This document shows positions 31,836-39,874 of a DNA stretch of 64,000 bases, piece after piece. The stretch lies in the NCBI GenBank assembly GCA_964433545.1, contig CAYSRJ010000002.1, positions 37,020 to 101,019 on the forward strand, written 5' to 3'. The stretch's first letter is position 1; each line of letters opens with the position of its first letter. Below the pieces are notes generated by a model. The model saw only the letters and a list, made by a program, of their open reading frames with translations. It made no database searches and was not told the DNA's origin. Origin of the DNA: an uncultured Spirochaetota bacterium. GTDB taxonomy: Bacteria; Spirochaetota; B62-G9; DRHN01. Made by a program: the position numbers and the translations under genes.

Positions 31836-31912
31836 TAAGATACATCTTGCAAAGATACATCTTGAAAAGATACATCTTGAAAAGATACATCTTGCAAAGA
31901 TACAATGTATGG
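31836..31912. repeat. Tandem 15-bp repeat (AAGATACATCTTGMA) x about 4.5, directly upstream of the TPR gene start
   Basis: Direct reading: aagatacatcttgcaaagatacatcttgaaaagatacatcttgaaaagatacatcttgcaaagataca; each unit holds the inverted repeat AAGAT-AC-ATCTT. Confidence 0.85.
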
Positions 31913-31964
31913 GGCGTAAAAAGAAATAAAAACGAGAGTTAGGAGACCGTTGGCCCCGGGTTTA

Positions 31965-33077
31965 CTACTGTATCTGTATCTTCCCCCTGCTGCTGCTATT
32001 AATGAGACTCGTGGTCTCCTGCCATCCTGCAGGAAAATCGGGGTCGTGTACGCGGCTTTGCCATTCAATGTACTGTTTTCGTTTGATATACCGGTACATC
32101 TGAAGCTGTCTTGGAGAGAGGAATTCACTGGGGTCCTCATCCAGAAAGAGGGCGTTGTTCACCATAATAGCCTGTTTTTCGGTCATAGGAACGAATCTAT
32201 AGATCGATTTTGAGAGATACCGTTTGTAGCTGGCCTTCCTGGGTGCCGGGACGAACGCATCCGCAGTAGTATCGACGACTTTTTTATCTGGCATGATGCC
32301 ATGAGCAGCGGTGCTCTGTTGTTCATTCATGGGAAAAGCTTCATTGATCAGATTGAGATCGAGCGATGATTTCAAGATGTCTTCGTAGCTGATTGCCGAA
32401 CCGTTGAATTCCAGGTACAGAGCCTCCTTATCACCGATATAACCGGGTTCGGTATAGACGATTCCATGTTCGATACCAAGCTCGACTTCACCCGACCAGA
32501 AGCAGTGCAATGTTATTACTGCTGATTCACGCTTTTCGGCCGCGTTGAATTCCTCATTCACCAGCTTAAGGTATACGGGTGCAGCCATTCCCTCCTGTTG
32601 AAGAGCATCGAGCATAATCCCGGTCAAATGCTTCATCCACGCCGCATCGTCTGAGTTTTTACTTTTTGGATGTCCATCGGTGCCGACTATACTCATTGCC
32701 GTGCCCGTTTTGGTGTCCCCGGGTAAAGAGAGGATGCTATGTTCAGCGGCAACGGCAGGAGAAACAGCAACCGGGATGAAATTCGACTCTATTGCTTCAA
32801 CGATAAGAGGATGACTTAAAATCTCGTTCCGTCGCACGGAAAGCACATCGTTTCCGGTATTACCCAGTATATACACGAGCATCGGTTTGTTTTCTTCCGC
32901 CATTTTCAGCAAAGCTGTGTTGTAGTCAGACAACCAGCGTACCCTCCCCAGGTTTTTATTGTTCAGGGCCGTTTCGGTTCTCAGGTGATCATTTTTATTT
33001 GAGGGAGCGATGCTGCTGCATGAGATTGAAAGTACAAGCAAGGCAGTAAGCACTGTAAAAACCAGTGTCTTTATCAT
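31965..33077 (-). CDS. Hypothetical secreted/lipoprotein-like protein
   Basis: 370 aa; N-terminal signal peptide (MIKTLVFTVLTALLVLSISCSS); no confident family assignment. Confidence 0.5.
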   Translation of the reverse strand: MIKTLVFTVLTALLVLSISCSSIAPSNKNDHLRTETALNNKNLGRVRWLSDYNTALLKMAEENKPMLVYILGNTGNDVLSVRRNEILSHPLIVEAIESNFIPVAVSPAVAAEHSILSLPGDTKTGTAMSIVGTDGHPKSKNSDDAAWMKHLTGIMLDALQQEGMAAPVYLKLVNEEFNAAEKRESAVITLHCFWSGEVELGIEHGIVYTEPGYIGDKEALYLEFNGSAISYEDILKSSLDLNLINEAFPMNEQQSTAAHGIMPDKKVVDTTADAFVPAPRKASYKRYLSKSIYRFVPMTEKQAIMVNNALFLDEDPSEFLSPRQLQMYRYIKRKQYIEWQSRVHDPDFPAGWQETTSLINSSSRGKIQIQ

Positions 33078-33261
33078 TTTAGCACCTCTCTGCTATATAA
33101 AATAATATCCAAAAGATATAAAATCAATAGTATATAGTTAGTATGGTTGCAATTTTCCAATTAGTTGATGCGTTCTGCATTACAGTGTTATTTTATGCTG
33201 CGTATCTTGGCGTGTCATGATTCTGTTTTTCTTAGAAATAAGCAGGTGAGCCTTCAACCTT

Positions 33262-33372
33262 AATAGGTTCAAGCCAATCGGGCTCGCGAATAAGTGTTTT
33301 TCCGTTGCAACTGCATAGCGAGCCCATTCTGACGGCCGAAGGCCGGAAGAACACTTGCCTAATGGTTTTTAC
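33262..33372 (+). repeat. Dispersed intergenic repeat family 1 (MITE/REP-like, about 110 bp), copy A
   Basis: About 85% identical to the copies at about 44209-44355 (reverse) and 54353-54485; internal 8-bp stem GGGCTCGC/GCGAGCCC and a GGCC-GAA-GGCC hairpin. Confidence 0.8.
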
Positions 33373-33447
33373 CTTAATTTATCAATTACTTTAAAAGCCA
33401 TGGAAAATTAAAGGACCATTGTTTTTTTAAAAATCTGGTACAAAATA

Positions 33448-35055
33448 TCAGTCTTTTAATAGATAAAACCATAATTTATACACAGCGGTCAGGAGAATAC
33501 CGAGTGCAATATAGTACCATACCCACAGAGGAAGACCCGCTGCCAGTACCGGAGTCTTCCCCCAGTTCCAGAAATCGTTTCCCAGAATAAAAATTAGGAC
33601 GAAAATCGGTATAAAGAAAAGTGATCCCCTTTTTATCCGAAATACAATATTTGTATTTTCGTTACTGACGCTCGTCAGGGCGCTTACGAATATAAACACA
33701 ACGCCGGTTGCGCTCAGTATGGGAATGACCGGGTGCAAGCCGGATATCTGTATTTTTTCGAAATAATAGGCTACCACCATGAATTCGCCGGTGAATATGC
33801 TTGCGATTGCGCCGAACTTGTTTGCTTTTTTCCAGTACAGGCCGCCTAAAACACAGGGACCGAGTACACTCAGACCGTTGAAGGTCGTCCTGCTGATAAA
33901 TGCAAGAATAGTATTCGGCGGTTTCAAGGCAATTAATAAGCTGACTGCGCCGATCACAATAATGGTGGTTTTTTCCTTTAATATTTCATTCTTCTCTACT
34001 TTGAGAAAATCGATGGTGATCATCGAAGTAAGAGTCAAGAGCTGGGAGTCCATTGTCGACATGAGCGCTGCGATGGCTCCGGTCAACAGGAGGGTGCTCA
34101 GGAAGGTGCTCGTATAGTTTCCAAGCAATAGCGGGAAAATGGTATCCGATCTGCCTGCCTCTAAAGCGGGAAATGCCGATCTTCCCATAACACCTATCGA
34201 TACGGTTAGGAAAAAAAGAAACGTGGTTATGATAGGGTAGAGGATCACCGTCGTGTGGAGGGTCTCGCGGTCCTTTGCAACCATGAAACGCTGAAAGAGC
34301 TGTGGAAACATTGGGTCCGCAAAGAACCAGAGCACCATGTAACCAATCCAGATTCCAAAGCCCATCGAACCGTTCATTCCCGGTCTTGAAAAGAGTGAAG
34401 GTGCATTGGAAAAAATAGTTTCATGCACGTGAATAAACCCTCCGCTTTTCCGGGCAATAATTATAAATGCGGTGAGTGTGAATACAATCATCAACACTCC
34501 CTGGAAAAAGTCCGTCCACACAATTGATCGGAGTCCGCCGAGCACCACATAGGTTACCACAAATCCGGTAATAAGAAGTGCTCCAGCGAGGTAGGGAATA
34601 CCGATAAGCGAATTGAGCGATTTCCCGCTCGCGATGGCCTGCAGGGAAATGTAGGGCAGTGTGAAAATAATCATTATCATGGAGAAGAGTTTTTTCAGGA
34701 AGGGTGAGTTGTACCGGTCCTGGATAAAATCCGAGGGAATTATGTAGTTCCTCTTTTTTGAAAGGATAAGGATTTTTTCTCCGATAACGATGAATGAAAG
34801 CGCCATGAATGCCGTTCCGAAGCCCATAACCGGATAGAATGAGTAACCGATTCTGTAGCCGGCGCCGGAAAAGCCGAATATCGTAAAGGCACTGAAGTTA
34901 GTCGCAGCCATTGTAAAGAAAAGGAGCATGCGGTTCAAATTACGGCCTGCAAGAAAGAATTCGACAGAACTGATCCGTGCGCTTTTTCGAAACAGCACAC
35001 CGATACCGAGCGTTGCGAGAAGATAAACCAGTACAATGGAAAGTTGTGTAATCAT
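33448..35055 (-). CDS. Sodium:solute symporter (SSS) family transporter
   Basis: 535 aa; 13-14 TM helices; SSS family sequence features. Confidence 0.8.
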   Translation of the reverse strand: MITQLSIVLVYLLATLGIGVLFRKSARISSVEFFLAGRNLNRMLLFFTMAATNFSAFTIFGFSGAGYRIGYSFYPVMGFGTAFMALSFIVIGEKILILSKKRNYIIPSDFIQDRYNSPFLKKLFSMIMIIFTLPYISLQAIASGKSLNSLIGIPYLAGALLITGFVVTYVVLGGLRSIVWTDFFQGVLMIVFTLTAFIIIARKSGGFIHVHETIFSNAPSLFSRPGMNGSMGFGIWIGYMVLWFFADPMFPQLFQRFMVAKDRETLHTTVILYPIITTFLFFLTVSIGVMGRSAFPALEAGRSDTIFPLLLGNYTSTFLSTLLLTGAIAALMSTMDSQLLTLTSMITIDFLKVEKNEILKEKTTIIVIGAVSLLIALKPPNTILAFISRTTFNGLSVLGPCVLGGLYWKKANKFGAIASIFTGEFMVVAYYFEKIQISGLHPVIPILSATGVVFIFVSALTSVSNENTNIVFRIKRGSLFFIPIFVLIFILGNDFWNWGKTPVLAAGLPLWVWYYIALGILLTAVYKLWFYLLKD

Positions 35056-35167
35056 TGTTCCCTCCTCGAAATTTGGTATATACCGGTCAAAGACAACAAA
35101 TTACTGAATTTGTTGAAACGTCAGGGTCACCCGGATTTCGGAACAGCGAGCTCATGATTACGAGTAA

Positions 35168-35205
35168 TTAAAAAAAGCCATCCGGACCGTGAGGGTCTGG
35201 ATGGC
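35168..35205 (-). terminator. Strong terminator-like hairpin (13-bp stem) with a U7 tail on the minus strand, inside the SSS transporter leader region
   Basis: AGCCATCCGGACC-GTGAG-GGTCTGGATGGCT; the minus strand reads the hairpin followed by TTTTTTT; no minus-strand CDS upstream. Confidence 0.5.
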
Positions 35206-35387
35206 TTTCACCTTGGCATAACCCGTTATTGTATTGTATACGTATAAGCGTATAACGTCAATTATTTTTATACTAATAGCGTATTGGAATGGAGTTGTTT
35301 ATTCATGATGCTCAGCGTAATCTGCTGATTGTAAGTACATGTTAAAAGCGACGTGAATCCCCCTGGGAATGTCGCTTCGCGGCCGAG

Positions 35388-35590
35388 CCTTGACAGGATA
35401 CATCCCCCCGGGATACATCCCCCCGGGATACATCCTCCCGGGAAACATCCCCCCGGGATACATCCTCCGGGGATACATCCTCCGGGGACTGAGTATCAAA
35501 CAGTAACTTGTGCGAAGTTACTTGGAAGCGGCCTACCTCCTGAGGGACCGAATATCATGAAGTAACTTCGCGAGAAGTTACTTAGAAGTA
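35388..35590 (+). repeat. Dispersed composite repeat family 2: TTGACAGG module + 6 x 15-bp tandem GGGATACATCCYCCS units + two AGTAACTT...AAGTTACT hairpin sub-units
   Basis: Direct reading; related copies at about 25172-25325, 48581-48700 (reverse), 62101-62213, and degenerate ones at about 18962-19045 and 50170-50265. Confidence 0.85.
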
Positions 35591-35673
35591 CGCACAGCCG
35601 GCAATTTAATAATTGACTGAATTTCAATTCCGGTATATTTTGATAAAACATAAATGCAGAGGGAGGTATATTA

Positions 35674-36300
35674 ATGGCGGATTTTAAAGGTATGGCAGAA
35701 GCCCTTATTGAGGGGAATGCCGGAAAGGTAAAAGAGCTCGTACAGGCGGCTGTTGATGAGAGTGTTGGACCGCAGAAGATACTTGATGAAGGCCTGATTT
35801 CCGGCATGGAGGTTGTTGGTGTGCGTTTCAAGAATTGTGAAATTTACGTGCCTGAGGTACTGGTCAGTGCAAGAGCTATGTCTGCGGGTATGGAAATACT
35901 GGAACCACTTCTTGCAAAAGCCGGTGCAAAATCCCGTGGTATTTTTGTTGTGGGAACGGTCAAAGGCGACCTGCACGACATAGGGAAAAACCTGGTTGCC
36001 ATGATGCTGAAGGGGGCAGGATGGAAGGTTGTGGATGCCGGCGTTGATGTTGATGCTGAGAAGTTTGTTCAAACGGCCATTGACGAAAATGCGGATGTAA
36101 TCGGACTGAGCGCATTGCTTACAACGACCATGGTAAATATGAAGCAGGTAATCGAGCTTGCCAAGAATAAAGACTGCAAATCAAAAATTGTTGTCGGTGG
36201 AGCGCCCCTTACGCAAAATTACGCCAATGAAATCGGTGCTGACGGTTATGCGCCGGATGCAGCGACCGCTGTTGAGGTTATCAATAGCCTCGTTTCATAA
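35674..36300 (+). CDS. Stand-alone corrinoid (cobalamin-binding) protein, MtaC/MtbC-like (B12-binding_2 cap + B12-binding Rossmann domain)
   Basis: 208 aa; DxHxxG cobalamin motif (GDLHDIGKNLV); no adjacent methyltransferase genes. Confidence 0.75.
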   Translation: MADFKGMAEALIEGNAGKVKELVQAAVDESVGPQKILDEGLISGMEVVGVRFKNCEIYVPEVLVSARAMSAGMEILEPLLAKAGAKSRGIFVVGTVKGDLHDIGKNLVAMMLKGAGWKVVDAGVDVDAEKFVQTAIDENADVIGLSALLTTTMVNMKQVIELAKNKDCKSKIVVGGAPLTQNYANEIGADGYAPDAATAVEVINSLVS

Positions 36301-36471
36301 TAACCGTGCAGTCAGGTTCGGTTTCGGGCACGATTAATTGCATCTATATGCCCTTATGGAACTGCGGAGGAGAGCCGAGGACCTTTCTCCTCCTTTATAT
36401 TTGATAACATAAACATTATTCCATCACCGGGTGCTCCGGTATATGTATCGTCCGGTTGGTACAGGAGAGAG

Positions 36472-37134
36472 GTGAAGCGTCTTGTCCATCGAACAGGACG
36501 GGCGTATCGCTGTGCGGTCGATGAAGCCCTTTTTTTTCGTGAAAAGGGAGGGCGGATGGGTATGAAAAAAGTGCAGGCGAATGGATGGGGAATGGCAAAA
36601 AGGTTTTTAGCATGGAAGTCTCTTTTTTCCGAAGAGGTGTTTTCAACCCCCTGGATGAGTATCTATCATGACCAGTTTGAAATGCCCGATGGGAAAAAGG
36701 GAAACTACTTTTATATGCACACGAGGGGGAGCGCTCTCGTCATCCCGGTAACCGATGAGAAAGAGATAATCCTTGTTAAACAGTACCGCTATCTGATGAA
36801 TAAGGCGTCAATTGAGCTGCCCTGCGGCGGAATCAAGGATGGGCAGGATGAAAACGACGCGGCACGTACGGAACTCGTTGAGGAAACCGGATATGACTGC
36901 GAGCGTCTGAAAAAAGTCTGCCGCTTTATTCCTTATAACGGGCTGTCGGACGAATTTTGCGCGGTTTTTATTGCAAAGAAACTTTCATTTGTCGGATCCA
37001 GACCCGATGAAACGGAGCAGATAGAGGTTATGAAGGCCCCTCCCAAAGAAGTTGATTCAATGATCACAAAGGGAAAAATTATCGATGGCATGAGCATCGC
37101 CGGGTGGATGCTGTGCCGCAGGTATTTCCAATAG
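36472..37134 (+). CDS. NUDIX hydrolase (ADP-ribose pyrophosphatase-like)
   Basis: Nudix box GGIKDGQDENDAARTELVEETG; the true start is probably internal (MGMKKV, about 36558). Confidence 0.75.
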   Translation: MKRLVHRTGRAYRCAVDEALFFREKGGRMGMKKVQANGWGMAKRFLAWKSLFSEEVFSTPWMSIYHDQFEMPDGKKGNYFYMHTRGSALVIPVTDEKEIILVKQYRYLMNKASIELPCGGIKDGQDENDAARTELVEETGYDCERLKKVCRFIPYNGLSDEFCAVFIAKKLSFVGSRPDETEQIEVMKAPPKEVDSMITKGKIIDGMSIAGWMLCRRYFQ

Positions 37135-37149
37135 AACCGGCCGGACAAA

Positions 37150-38316
37150 TCAGCTGCAGCTTATCACGCGTACAATTGTTACTCCTTTAATAGACCGTAT
37201 CCTCTTCACACTGGTTTCACTAATTTCCGTGTCTGTATCGATAATGTTGTACGCATTGTCGCCTTTTGACCGGTTGAGCATATCTGATATATTAATGCCC
37301 TCTTCTGCGAGTACCGCGGTAATCTGTCCGACCATTGTCGGAATGTTCTGATTTGCAACCACTAATCTCTGCTTGCCGGAAATATCCAGGTCGCAGTCTG
37401 GGAAGTTTACGGAATTTTTTATGTTTCCTCTTTCAAGCAGATTTCGGACCTGTTCAACCGCCATCACCACGCAGTTCTCCTCTGCCTCAGGTGTCGAAGC
37501 CCCGAGATGGGGAATAGCGATCACCCTGTCCATTGTCAGGAGGTCTTCGTCCGGGAAATCGGATATATAGACTGAGACGATACCATCCGCAATAGCCTTT
37601 TTTAAATCATTCCTGTTGACGAGGCCACCCCGGGCATAGTTGAGGATGCGGACGCCTCTTTTCATCAGGCCAAACCTGCTCTCATTGAGAATATTTTCCG
37701 TCTCCTCGGTTAGCGGTATATGCAGGGTAACATAGTCGGATTGTGACAGAAGGCTCTCGAAGTTACGAGCCTTTCGAATGTTCCGTGAAAGTCCCCATGC
37801 TGCATCAACAGAGATGAAGGGGTCGTGCCCCAGTACATTCATGCCCAGCGCGACTGCATCGTTTGCGACCATTACGCCTATTGCCCCAAGGCCGATGACC
37901 CCCAGTGTTTTACCCTTTATTTCGGGACCTGCAAACTGCGATTTGTTTTTTTCTATGATTCGCGGAACATCTTCACCGGTCAGTGTTTTCGCCCACGTGA
38001 TTCCCTGAACAACCTTTCTTGATGCGATAAACAGTCCCATCAATACAAGCTCTTTAACACTGTTCGCATTTGCCCCCGGTGTATTCAAAACAACGATTCC
38101 CCGTTTCGAGCATTGTTCAACAGGAATATTGTTCACACCCACACCGGCACGCACAATGGCCTTCAGCGATGACGGAAGTTCTATGTCATGCATGTTCTGG
38201 CTTCTAACCAGCACAGCATCGGGATTTGGTATTTCCGAAGCAATTTCATATTCTTCCATAGGGAAACGTTCAAGTCCTGCTGTGGAGATTCTGTTGAATG
38301 TTTGAATTCTGAACAT
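37150..38316 (-). CDS. serA: D-3-phosphoglycerate dehydrogenase (2-hydroxyacid dehydrogenase with C-terminal ACT domain)
   Basis: 388 aa; NAD-binding GLGAIG motif; C-terminal ACT-like domain; adjacent to serC. Confidence 0.8.
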   Translation of the reverse strand: MFRIQTFNRISTAGLERFPMEEYEIASEIPNPDAVLVRSQNMHDIELPSSLKAIVRAGVGVNNIPVEQCSKRGIVVLNTPGANANSVKELVLMGLFIASRKVVQGITWAKTLTGEDVPRIIEKNKSQFAGPEIKGKTLGVIGLGAIGVMVANDAVALGMNVLGHDPFISVDAAWGLSRNIRKARNFESLLSQSDYVTLHIPLTEETENILNESRFGLMKRGVRILNYARGGLVNRNDLKKAIADGIVSVYISDFPDEDLLTMDRVIAIPHLGASTPEAEENCVVMAVEQVRNLLERGNIKNSVNFPDCDLDISGKQRLVVANQNIPTMVGQITAVLAEEGINISDMLNRSKGDNAYNIIDTDTEISETSVKRIRSIKGVTIVRVISCS

Positions 38317-38351
38317 GTCGTAATCCTTAATTCTTGTACGTGAGACCTATG

Positions 38352-39434
38352 TTACTTGTTTTCAGTTTCAAATTCCTTGAGGAAAGACACGAGCTTTTGC
38401 ACTCCCGCCATCGGCATTGCATTGAAGATACTTGCCCTGAGCCCTCCCACAGAACGGTGACCCTTGAGATTTAAAAGACCTTTTTGTTCCGCTTCACGAA
38501 CACACTTCACGGTGAGCTCATCGGTGGGAAGAGCGAAAGTGACATTCATACGCGAGCGGTCCCTCTTTTCTGCTGTCCCTCGAAAGAGCGTGGAGCTATC
38601 GAGGAAATCGTACAGCAACCCCGCTTTTTCTCTGTTGATTTTCTCGAGTGAGGGCACACCCCCCTGTGCCACGACCCATTCGAACATGAGTTTCGCCATG
38701 TAAATATTCCAGCAGGGCGGGGTGTTGTATACCGATTTTTTTTCCGCATGTGTTTTGTAATCGAGCATGGTCGGCGTTATGTCAAGCGCATTGCCGATAA
38801 GGTCGTTACGTACTATGACGATTGTCAATCCCGCCGGCGCAATATTCTTCTGTGCCCCTGCATATATGAGTCCGAATTTCGATACATCGTAGACTTCAGA
38901 AAGTATGTTCGAGGACATGTCCGCAACAAGCGGTGTTTTTCCTGTATCGGGGATGGCACTGAAGCGTGTGCCGTAGATCGTGTTGTTTGTGGTAATATGA
39001 AAATAATCCGCATCAGGATCGAACTGTGAGCTGTCAAGGTCCGGTATACAGGTATAATTTTTATCCTCTGAAGATGCAATCACCCGTACCGCTCCGTACC
39101 GTGATGCTTCGGCTATCGCTTTTTTCGACCAGTTCCCCGTGTTGACATAGTCGGCCTTTCTGCTCTTTTTGAAGAGGTTGAGAGGAACCATGGCAAACTG
39201 CGTCGATGCACCGCCCTGGAGGAAGAGCACTGTATGGGTGGGCGGAACATTCATAATCTCGCGAGAAAGAGACTCGGCGCCCTGTATAACCTCCCCGAAA
39301 AGATCAGACCTGTGGCTGAGCTCCATAATCGACATGCCGGATCCGTTGTAGTCGAGAAGCTGGTTTTGAGCGTGCTCCAGCACTTTTTCTGGGAGTGTAG
39401 AGGGGCCGGGGGAAAAGTTGAACACACTGCGCAT
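38352..39434 (-). CDS. serC: Phosphoserine aminotransferase
   Basis: 360 aa; class-V aminotransferase, SerC family; N-terminal FNFSPGPSTLP motif. Confidence 0.85.
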   Translation of the reverse strand: MRSVFNFSPGPSTLPEKVLEHAQNQLLDYNGSGMSIMELSHRSDLFGEVIQGAESLSREIMNVPPTHTVLFLQGGASTQFAMVPLNLFKKSRKADYVNTGNWSKKAIAEASRYGAVRVIASSEDKNYTCIPDLDSSQFDPDADYFHITTNNTIYGTRFSAIPDTGKTPLVADMSSNILSEVYDVSKFGLIYAGAQKNIAPAGLTIVIVRNDLIGNALDITPTMLDYKTHAEKKSVYNTPPCWNIYMAKLMFEWVVAQGGVPSLEKINREKAGLLYDFLDSSTLFRGTAEKRDRSRMNVTFALPTDELTVKCVREAEQKGLLNLKGHRSVGGLRASIFNAMPMAGVQKLVSFLKEFETENK

Positions 39435-39596
39435 TGTATTTCTCCTTGATCAGTTCTGATAATTATATCAGGTGTAATTGGATTACGGTTAATCCGCCCT
39501 GCACGGGAGCAAGGCCGACTCTCATAGTATACTACTATTTGCCTGAGGATGAAAATGTGAAAAACAACACACTGTGCGGGCTGCTTCGGAAAGCCT

Positions 39597-39785
39597 TTAC
39601 GGCGAACTTTTTTTATCGTATACCTTTTCAAAAAAAGTAAAGAGCCATTTAGGCCTAAAGAGAAGCAAAGCTATACCTAGAACTGCAGCGATGGGAACGA
39701 ATATTGAAAAGGCATCAACAATTGCAACTGCAATCAGGATAAGAATCGCCATGATGCGCAATTGTAAACTCTTTTTCATCGGCAT
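39597..39785 (-). CDS. Small hydrophobic membrane protein (62 aa), hypothetical
   Basis: Two predicted TM segments; AGGAAG RBS 8 nt upstream of the ATG; a + strand ORF overlapping it is rejected. Confidence 0.35.
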   Translation of the reverse strand: MPMKKSLQLRIMAILILIAVAIVDAFSIFVPIAAVLGIALLLFRPKWLFTFFEKVYDKKSSP

Positions 39786-39844
39786 ACTTCCTTTTTTTTT
39801 ACATTATCAGCGGCGCCCATTTTAGTCAACAAAAACAAAAAAAC

Positions 39845-39873
39845 CTTGACAGACCCTGTTTGTGGTGATAAGT
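39845..39873 (+). promoter_or_regulatory. Candidate sigma70-type promoter for yajC-secDF (TTGACA-17 bp-TAAGTT), overlapped by the inverted repeat GTGATAA...TTATCAC
   Basis: Direct reading; coordinates approximate (+/-2). Confidence 0.4.
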
Positions 39874-39874
39874 T

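Noticed and set aside
31835-32140. 101-aa ORF ending ...QDVSFQDVSFQDVSLQDVS
   Set aside because: Its C-terminal part is the reverse-strand reading of the AAGATACATCTTG tandem array. The rest overlaps the genuine minus-strand secreted-protein gene region. It is spurious.
35396-35485. CRISPR array hypothesis for the 15-bp tandem arrays
   Set aside because: The units are directly abutting, with no unique spacers. They are only 15 bp long, and no cas genes are present. They are tandem repeats, not CRISPR.
35299-35565. ORFs 35299-35499 (-) and 35353-35565 (+) encoding MYPGGMYPGG / GIHPPGIHPPG repeat peptides
   Set aside because: Both are read entirely through the 15-bp GGGATACATCCCCCC tandem array on opposite strands. 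They have periodic low-complexity translations and no RBS, so they are artefacts of the DNA repeat.
35591-35673. Cobalamin riboswitch upstream of the corrinoid-protein gene
   Set aside because: The 83-bp leader lacks the B12-box (GCCACTG-like core) and is too short for the about 200-nt aptamer.
39574-39825. 83-aa + strand ORF overlapping the small minus-strand membrane-protein ORF
   Set aside because: It has no RBS and a low-complexity translation. The minus-strand ORF has an AGGAAG RBS and a clear two-helix hydrophobic profile, so only that one is retained, at low confidence.
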